A DNA stretch of 64,000 bases from Podarcis gaigeae (Eukaryota). This document shows positions 54,996-64,000 of the stretch, in pieces. The number at the start of each line of letters is the position of its first letter. The first letter of the stretch is position 1. Location: NCBI GenBank assembly GCA_964106915.2, contig OZ066915.1. One strand, given 5' to 3'. A program made the translations under genes and the position numbers. The notes below the pieces were generated by a model. It was not told where the DNA came from. It ran no database searches and saw only the letters and a list, made by a program, of their open reading frames with translations.

Positions 54996-56220
54996 TATTT
55001 AGCAAGAAAAAAAGTTTGATTTTAAATAAACAAAAGTGCCTCATAGTTCCAAGATGCTAGGCACTAGTTGGAATTAAGAAGGAATCAAGTTTTGCACGAA
55101 TGATGATGTCACATTGCGAGGAAGCCATACTTTTATTTCTTCTTAAATATCTCCAGTGTGGTGAAAACAGGATCAGAATGGCAGGATGTTGACAAGTCCT
55201 TTGCTATAGAATCCTGAGCTCATCAGTGAGTGAAGGTTGGTTATTAGACTGAAAGAGATTCTAACCAGCCTGTTTTCAGATGTTGAAGAAAAAGTTGAAA
55301 GATTGCTGCCTTTCAGTTTTGTGCTGCTGCCCTTCAGAGTGTAAAACTTTCTCAGTGGAAAAAGGTTTGGCACCAAAAAAGAAAGTCTGCATGAGAAGGA
55401 TATGGTGATGAAAATCAAAAGTGTCATTACCTCTGATTATATGGCATATCAAATGTCCACTACATTCAACATATCCACTCAGATATTATTTTCAAATTTG
55501 CCTCCTTTTTTAAAAAAGTATTTGTCTAATACAGTTTGTCAAACACTACCTACATGAGATTGTTATATTGGACTGATGCTAAAAAGCATTTCTCTCGTAT
55601 GTAACACCAGTTTACATAGCAAAATATCATTAAAGATAGTCTGTTTTATGACTGTCACATTAAGGGCAAAATATACTGGAATAATTGCATTTTTACCAAT
55701 GCACTTGCAACCAGGTTAAAGTAGAGTTAGATAAGATAGTTTGTTAAAAATTATATAGCAGAAATTATTGTAAATAAATTGTAATCTACAAACATTTGTA
55801 TTTGTAAAGAGATGTTCTATATTTTGTAATTATTGTACCGTAATTGAACTGCAGCAATATTTATGGAGCCTAATTATTGTAATTCTCCACAGAATTCTAG
55901 ATAGAAGTATTTTTACTTGGATTGTATAGAGCTTTAGGATTAAATATTTAAATAGAGCCACCTCTTATTTCTTCATTGTAAAATGCTTTCGAGGTAAAGA
56001 TTTGAGAAACTTGATGCTACAGAGATTTTATAAAATATTTTGGGCCTATAGGAGTCTCACTTTATTTAAAACATGGAAGATGACTATTTATAGTCTTATA
56101 TTTGGAAAGTTAAGAGATTTGGAATTAACTGTTATCTTTTTTTATTTGGAAACTTCTGATTTTTATTTATACTACAACTCCTGCAATAACAGGTAAATAA
56201 AAAGAAATGAATCGAATTAG
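54996..56220 (+). other. CACNA1D: CACNA1D 3'UTR (end uncertain)
   Basis: Repeat-free AU-rich sequence after the stop, with AATAAA at 55025, 55773 and 56196. Confidence 0.6.
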
Positions 56221-59200
56221 GCTACGCCTAACAAGGTTTTCTTTTAACCTTGAAGTATATATATTTACAGATTAACTGACCAAGTATTTTACTTGGTGTA
56301 GAGAATTCTTATGAAGAAATAATTTAACTGGTGGATGCAAAATGTTAACAAGTTACTCTGCTTGAAGTGGAATGTGTGATGAAGCAGTCATTTGCATAAC
56401 CAAAAGATTCCTAATATGTTGGGGAAATGGATGGCATGGTGGCCTCAACTTTTGTTGTTCTATGTGGACCGTTTCCAGGATTTATTTTTATGCAATCAAA
56501 GGAGGGCTTAGACATTTGTCCATGATGCAGTAAAATCCTGATATTGAGGCTAATGCAATTTTGGAGGCAGGTGAATATCAAAAATCTATTTTATTAACAC
56601 GATAAATTGACTTGCTTTGCCAAGTAACCTTATCAGGGTTTATCTGTATTAACAAAATAGGTAGCAATTCAAATCACATTTTAAAAAGTGTGACCTATAC
56701 AAACTATGTTAATATAACCATTTTGTACACAGTGGCAATTTGCTATGGATACCTTACAGACCTTTTCTTGAATCATTATTTCAAATGCCAGGAGAGAATT
56801 TAAGGGTTTGTAAATTGTTTCTTGACCTACATCATTTTGTATGAAAAGAAATGCAAAATGTTCTTCGGAATAAAAATGTGTAATAATTTTATTATACTTG
56901 GGGCTCTTTTTACTAGCAGCTTCCTGAAGGTGGTTACCTCCTGACGTCATGGACACATAATCCATAGGTAAATAAGTACTTCTTGTACAAGCATCCCTAT
57001 AATAAATGGGAGCTGTGCAATTTGCTTCAACAGAACAATCTCCTTGTAGTTTATGAGCCATACAGAAATAGTAAAAAAGAAAAGGCTTTCCACTTTCTCA
57101 AGTTGTCAGTAGCCTTTCCTGGGTTGATTTGCTTAGATGGAGGAGGAAACATTTGAGTTTTGCAATTACGTGGAAAAGGAATGGAAGGGAAGAAGCTCTC
57201 AGCCTCGGCAAGACACTTTTCAGGGTCAGATAAGTACAAGTATCAGAAACCAATATAGTTGATCAGGTTGCTCTTTACATCCGGTCTCTGCCTCCCATCT
57301 CAGCAAAACTAATTGAGAATGACTTTCTCAGACTAGTTCACACCTGTAGACTCTCTGTATCTGTTCATTCTACCATGCAGCACAGCATGGAAGCCAGCCT
57401 TGGGCTTATACCAGAGCTCTAAAATTAACGGTGCGTGTATTTGTGTGTTTCTACAAATATAAGCACCTTACATGAGTAGGCCTCAATCCATCTGCCAGGG
57501 AAAAATGGGGACAGATTATGTGACTGGGGCCTTTATGTAGAATCAGATTACAGGTTCAATTTAGGGTGGCAAAAGACCAGTAACTCCAGAACTTGTTTCT
57601 GTTCTCCATCACAAGCAGAATCCAAATAATGGCACATTTCATTTGGCTGGTAACTTGTTTGGAAAGTTCCTCGTTACTAAAGTTGTGTTGGCCATAAATA
57701 TTAGGAGGAATGGAGATGCTACTACCCAGACTCAGCAACCTTTGATGTCTCTATACCAGCCTTCTCCAACCTGGTTTTATCCAGGTGTTGCTGACTCCCA
57801 ACATCCATCAGCCCCAGCCAGTATGACCAATAGTCAGGAGGATGTGGGAGATGTAGCCCAACTTGGTTGTGAAAGGCTGCCCTATACGGTATCTGATTTC
57901 TGTTGGATCGATTTAAATTAGTCATGCAACTTGACAAACAGCAGATTCAAAAATCCTCTACTGAATGACCAAATGTTTGCTCTATAATGAAAATTGCTAT
58001 AAAATACAATATGATTAAGAAGAACTTTGCACTTTGCACTGTAGAAATGATAATAATATAGAACAGTAATTCATGATAAATTACACAATGTAAGTAGATC
58101 CCTAGCAAAAATCCAGCAACTACGGTTTCTAGCCTTGCCAGAGAAAATACATAAACTTATTGCCGCCTAGCACACAAGAGACCTCATTATGCCAGAGAAG
58201 GAAAGTCACACACACACTGCCAATCCTGCTAAAAAACGAAAAACTACAAGCCCTTTTTGTTCCCACTCCTGCTGCCACTCCACAGCCTACAGACTTCCAG
58301 GGCCCTTCACAGATGCCCAGCCCAAACTGCCCTCAATTTGCTGTACTGGTCTTGTGTCCAACAACTCATCTTTTTCATGCTATGGAAATTCAGAAAGCTC
58401 TCATCTCTTGCAGCTCAAGACATACAACATACAGTCCCCAACTGTCATTTTTAACCTCAGCTGTTTCAGCTGATTTCACTCTCAGAACCTCATGTTCCTA
58501 TGGCAACTGCAATCATTCCCAGAGTTCATTGGTGCTGAACATGTACATTCATGTTGTGCTGATACAGGAATTTAGGCACATCTGTTTTTCATCCCCCACC
58601 TCCACCCCCTGATGACTATTTTTTTGCCCCAAACTTTTTTTCAGCAAATTGCTGGGCCTCTAGCTTCATAAACTATGATGCAAAGCAAAGTGTTTTCTCT
58701 TATTAATATATTACTTCTATGTTGCAATTAGGATATAGCTGGGGAATTATAAATGCTGAGCTCATTTTTATGAACTATTAACTGGGGAAGGAGATCCCTT
58801 ACCTGCTGTAAATTCAGCCACAGCATTGAATCAGGACAGCATTTGTCATGATAGTAAAATCATGCTGAATAAACCATGGGGGAAATAAACAGAAACACAC
58901 ACAAAAAAATGGAATATAGGGATTAAGCACCACTGTTCTGGCAGCATGATAAACAGTTGCTTATACTGTTTACAATAACCTTCAGGTTCATATATATTAT
59001 ACAATAACATGGAGAATCATCTGCAGTTATGTAAACAACTATTAAACCAGGTATTTTATCTTCTACCACAGCATCTTTTAGTAATATGCAGTATTTTAAA
59101 ATGGCGCTCTACATCAATCACATCATAGTGGGCTAATAAATCATATGATTTGGAAGATCTCTGCATTCTAAAAGCCACAAAGGTAATCATGCTATACTGG

Positions 59201-60599
59201 ACTGAATGCCCTGAATGCAGTACAGCACACTACAATTGCCTCAGTAAAGTCTCTCTATTAAAAACTCACGGTTTGCATCACACTGATTGATCTACGACTT
59301 TTATCATGATGAGTAAATAATTTTGGTCCCAGTTTAATGACAGAACATTTATCACAGAAATTATTTACCTGATTTCTTATGGGACAGTGCTCACTGCAGT
59401 CACATTTTCTCTTCAGTAGCATTCTTATGCCAACATGCCGTTCTTCTTCCCAGTTAATTACAATGCTCCAGTTTTACTGCTTTGCAGCAACACCAGGTAG
59501 CAGGACCTGCTTAGAGCATCTGCAGTTGTCCCTCCAGCCAGCTTTTGAGTCAGCAGGTTTTTTTAACCTGTTTCCACTTTTCTCAAGTGGATGATGTTGC
59601 CTTGAAAGTCCCAAGGAATCTAATAGGGGGCTAACTACAGTTAAAAGGTTCTGATTACTGCATTTGTTATGTTGCTCACATGCTGACAAACAATACCTTG
59701 GGATCAGATCCTTAAACAAACCTTTTAAGCTGAAATCTTTCCCAGTCTGCAGCTGTATTGGAATTGTTTTTTAAAATAATAATAATGTGTTTTTAATGTT
59801 TTGTTTTTAATTGTAGGTGTGTATGCTGCCCTGGGCTCCTTCAGGAGGAAGAGTAGGATATAAATTCTATTAATAATAATAAACTTTCCATAATCCTCCT
59901 GAGTTCCTTGCAGTATTGGCCAATGTTAACTCATTTCATAATGAAAATTTCTGAGTTTATAAAACTACAGTAAATGTAAAAAGTAAACAGAGAAGATGGT
60001 TTCAGGCTCACTGGTCCAGCAAGCATGATTCAGATGTACAAATTGGCTTTCTGCCTAATCATGTGCCTGTTTACTTAGAAGGGCTGGTTCATTCATGAGC
60101 TGTTGACTAGAGGGCTGCAATGGTGTGGTTGATCAAACACAAATGACATTGTATTATCACACACCAGCTTAAACACAAAACCTTTTTAGCCTAAGTTCAA
60201 ACGTTCAGTTGGCAGACATTAAGTGTAGAGAAATAAGTTTATTTACATGCCTGTGTGAGCCAACCGTATATGTCCCACTCACATAAATGGGCCTTACTCC
60301 CCACTGTGAATGTATGTAGAATAGGGACGTTCTGTGTGCAATGCCTATGGCTAGATTATGTTGCAAAGGTTAAAAACCAAAAATAAAACAGCCACATACA
60401 TTAAGCTCTTAAAACTAGTGGTTTATGATAGGGTAGGTCCATATGCACTTGCCCCTTATGGACAGCAGGTACACTCAGCAACGGTAGTACTAGTGATCTG
60501 TGTCAGGTGGTGAGAAAAGCCACTCTTGCCTAATTAAAACTGACTCTGGTGACCATTTGTTCACCAGCTTCAGAAGTACTGATATGTCAATGCAGTTCA

Positions 60600-60651
60600 C
60601 AGAGTGGCTGGGGAAACCCAGACAGATGGGCGGGGTACAAATAATAAATTA

Positions 60652-60694
<43 letters not shown>
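60600..60694 (+). repeat. LINE/SINE 3' tail fragment ending in an (ATT)n microsatellite
   Basis: cagagtggctggggaaacccagacagatgggcggggtacaaataata followed by (ATT)n at 60652-60694. Confidence 0.65.
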
Positions 60695-60697
<3 letters not shown>

Positions 60698-60715
60698 AGA
60701 TCTGTACACAGCATT

Positions 60716-61475
60716 TGTCAGGGGTTCAGAAGGAGAGACACAGGAGGGGGAGCAAATGGAGAGTGAGGAGGAGGAGTACGAGGGGGGCGCAGGCAGTGAC
60801 AGTGGCCAGAGTTATTCCACAAGCCTCTCTAGCGAATCGGAGGACTCACAGAAGGGAGCGCCGGTGGCCAGAGCAAGGGAGATTCCAAGGGAGAAACCTC
60901 AAGAGGGAGGGGCCAGCGGGGAGTCCCTGAACAGCAGCTGGAGATCAGGGCCAGCGTCTCCACCAGAGCGCAGTGGGGAGGGGGAGTCCCAGGAGTCGGG
61001 ACCAGTGTCCTCACCACCAGAGGGAGGAGAGGAGTCAGGTTTGGCAACACCCACATCAGGAAGCGGGGAAACGGTCAGAAGGAAAGTCACCGGCTGGGCG
61101 CGCGCGCCAAGTTCAAATGTACAGGAGCGCGGCACAGCGGGGAGCCCGGGAAGGGAGCCAGGTCCTAAAGCCCGCCGGAGGGAGGGGCAAGACTCAGGAG
61201 GCTCCGCGTCAGAGGAGTCCAGGAAGGAGGGAACCCCAGAGGGCAGAAGGACCCAACGCAGGGAAGAGCAGCGCAAGAGGTGGAGCCGGGCTAGAATCTT
61301 AAACTGGTGTGGGTGGAGCAGTGAGTCAGAGGGGACTTAGCCGGTCCAGCGTTAAGACGTGGGCCTGCGCGCCCAGAGCTTGGAAATGGAAACTAAACTT
61401 CAATAAAGACTTTTGTATATAATATCCACTGGGCGTTGGTCCTCTGTGAGCTGGGACCTAGCGGCAGTCCTGACA
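60716..61475 (+). mobile_element. Solo LTR (760 bp) of an LTR retroelement
   Basis: TGTCAGG...CCTGACA termini, 5-bp TSD GCATT (60711-60715 / 61476-61480), AATAAA at 61402, CpG-rich. Confidence 0.88.
60756..61340 (+). CDS. LTR-internal ORF, 194 aa, unknown function (acidic, S/G/P-rich, basic C-terminus)
   Basis: Good Kozak context (gcaaATGG), uninterrupted to TAG, AATAAA about 60 nt after the stop. Confidence 0.45.
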   Translation: MESEEEEYEGGAGSDSGQSYSTSLSSESEDSQKGAPVARAREIPREKPQEGGASGESLNSSWRSGPASPPERSGEGESQESGPVSSPPEGGEESGLATPTSGSGETVRRKVTGWARAPSSNVQERGTAGSPGREPGPKARRREGQDSGGSASEESRKEGTPEGRRTQRREEQRKRWSRARILNWCGWSSESEGT

Positions 61476-63074
61476 GCATTAAATCTATACTTTGTATTTT
61501 AATATCATACTACATCATAGTGCTGCTTTTGCCTCACAAAGCAGCAAATTATAGGTGTTAAATTAGGGAAGTTCATTTTACACAGCTTTTCAAAACAGAT
61601 TCTACAGAGGGCAAATGCAAAAATATATCCTAGAAATATGGGGGGGGGGGAGAAGATTAGCAGCACACTAGAAAATGTTTTAAAGCATGTAATTACATTA
61701 GCTGCATTTTAAATAAGGATTCTGAACATGTAATAATTATTCTAAACTACTGTACCTGTTTAGAAACATCAGGAATTCATCTTCTACAGTTGCTTTTTAA
61801 TATTATATACAAAGGTCTCAACCCAGCGTAAGTTAATCATGAGTTCATTAAATGAAATCAATGAAACTCAAGTTATCTGGGACATTATCCATTACTAACT
61901 TTGCAAGGTTGTGCCAACAATGTACAAAACAGAGAACAGTGATCTGAGAAATTTAACTTGGACAAAGTTGCAATACCCATTTATGAAATATATGAGCAAA
62001 GTGTAATGAGTAAGGGTCAAGTGATTTTAGTCCAATGTGTGACTACAAGATCCAGGGATTTCCTACTAGATGACATAGCAGTGCTGGTATTTTTCTCTTA
62101 CTTTTGATCCTATGTGGAAAATACACAAGGAGGATTTCCTTGATTAGTCAACATGGGACTACCATTTACGTAAGCACCCAGACCAAAGTTTGGCTAGTAA
62201 GTGATAGCCCTCAGTGATAAGCAATTCTTCCTTGACAACTAAGTAATAAAGATGAACACAGCAGCAGAACGAAAGTGAAAAAACAGCAAGCTGCTATTAG
62301 AAAATATATTACACTGAAAGCCAGATAATTAAAAACAAGTGACACAATGAAACATCCATAGCTATAAACAATTAAAATATGTTCATGGTAACCTTTGTTA
62401 TAGTCAATAACAGAAAAGGTACATTTAAGATTGACCTATAAATTCATTCAAGCAAGCGATAAAGAATTATCATTATTATTTCTATGAGGTTCTTTATTCA
62501 GAGGTTCTGATGAAATCTAAAATGGTGCAATTTGGATTTATGCCAAAAATTTACAACCCCAGCTCTATTTCATTATCATGTCAAATCCTGTGACTGCAGT
62601 AGCCCAAGATCCTCACCCTACTGGAAACCCAGAGTCTTCTGTCCCCTTTGGCCTTGGCTAGAGTGTGCCCTGTGAAAACTGCTGGGGATTTTACTGCATG
62701 AAGAAATGATAGCAACACCATCCCTCCAGCCTAATGAGTACAACCAGGTAGTTTAGGTTAAGGTGTTAAGGAACATCATTTTATCCAGGTGTCCTTTTCT
62801 GCTTTCAATTGCCTGTCACTAAATTATCTGCCATGTATAACTTGTATCAAAGCAGATTAGGTCACAATTTTAAGGAGGAGGGAAGGAACTTGCATTCTCA
62901 CTAGCAAGGCAGAAGCACCAAAAAGGGGTCCTGCATTTCTGTCCTTTTCTACTTTTTAAATAATTTCCCTTCAATTAAAGTGGGACATAATAAATGGGAA
63001 GAAACTATGCTAACTCGTTTATTCCCTGGGTGTTGTTTATTATTATTATTACTATTTAAAGTTTATTAAATGTA

Positions 63075-63220
63075 CAGTAATATCTTGGTTTACAACCATA
63101 GTCCATGCCGGAGGTCCAGTTATAAATAAAAACAGGTTGTAACCCAAGGCGCGCTTTCGCCAATGGGGCCTCCAAAAAAAGGGGGGGTTGTAATCCCCCC
63201 CAAAATGGGTTGTAATTCAA
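63075..63220. mobile_element. Truncated MITE, same family as 23038-23231 in the opposite orientation
   Basis: TA-cagtaatatcttggtttacaacc...gttgtaacccaaggcgcgctttcgccaatggggcctcc aligns to the reverse complement of the 23038 element. Confidence 0.8.
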
Positions 63221-64000
63221 AGAGAGAGAGAGGGGTGTGTTGGGAAACTGGAAAGGGTATGCCTCCTTTTGATTATGAATCCAGTCTTCACCTGACGCCC
63301 CTCTTTTCAGCCCTACTAATACCAGAACCATCCCATAAATTGGGCGACAGCTGTGGAAGCTGTCACGGTGACAAAAAAGGGCAACCCAGCATTAGCTCTT
63401 CCTCTTTAAAGGTCAGAGCAGCCTCCTTGTCCTCAGAGAGGAAGATCAGGTGCTTTCTATGGCCCTGGAACTCCCTCCCCAGGGAAACAGTACTCCTGGG
63501 CGCAGTGAATATTTTAGTTCCTATACGAATGACTGAATACGAATGACTAAATTGCACACAGAAACCTGAACATGTGGGCCTGCTACTATAAGCACAAGAA
63601 GGTTCAGCTAAACTTAGGCTGTACAACAACCATGTCCTCAACATCCAAGTTGGCATCTAATGCTTCATAGGCAACCTTTACGTAACTTGCTGTACCTGTA
63701 ATTTATTAAGAGTAACAGAAGCCGTTGACAGCTAGAGATAGTCTCTTTTTTTGTTTATCTATACTATTATTCTGTGCACTTGTTGAACTCATTAATTGCT
63801 TTTATAGGGGACAAATGGTCCTACAAAAAATTATTTGGGGGAGGGTCCTAACTTTAGTCACAACTCAACAAATTTAGTTGGTTCTAATTGTTCCAGTTAA
63901 GATAAACCCCAAAACAAAGCTTTCAGTGGAACTCTGTTGTGGCTTCATTTTTCTGAAGTGTACTCTTAAGTATTAGATCAACCAGTCCTCTTTAATGTGT

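Noticed and set aside
56220-64000. Exons of a downstream neighbour gene (CHDH lies tail-to-tail in mammals)
   Set aside because: No recognisable coding exon on either strand. A minus-strand 3'UTR cannot be shown from sequence alone.

Overview
Vertebrate genomic DNA, most likely a squamate and probably a lacertid lizard, judged from Sauria-type SINEs, BovB, and L2/CR1 fragments. The + strand carries the 3' third of the L-type calcium channel gene CACNA1D (Cav1.3): repeat IV S3-S6, EF-hand/pre-IQ/IQ, PCRD, DCRD and the C-terminal ITTL PDZ ligand. I traced 21 coding exons with GT-AG boundaries and continuous phase to the stop at 54995. Exon numbers follow the mammalian convention from memory and are approximate. 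About 1.2 kb or more of 3'UTR and intergenic DNA follow. The most notable signals: (i) a 30-nt basic microexon (612-641) matching the hair-cell IVS2-S3 insert described in chicken; (ii) an intronic 39-nt element (25744-25782) that base-pairs across the IQDY codons of exon 41 about 2.8 kb downstream, a candidate ADAR2 editing-complementary sequence; (iii) mutually exclusive exons 31a/31b, cassette exons 32 and 44, and internal acceptors giving short C-termini; (iv) a young 760-bp solo LTR almost filled by an intact 194-aa ORF with an arginine-rich tail; (v) a tentative HDV-like pseudoknot fold in an intronic repeat. There is one 150-N assembly gap. All calls were made by eye and no searches were run.
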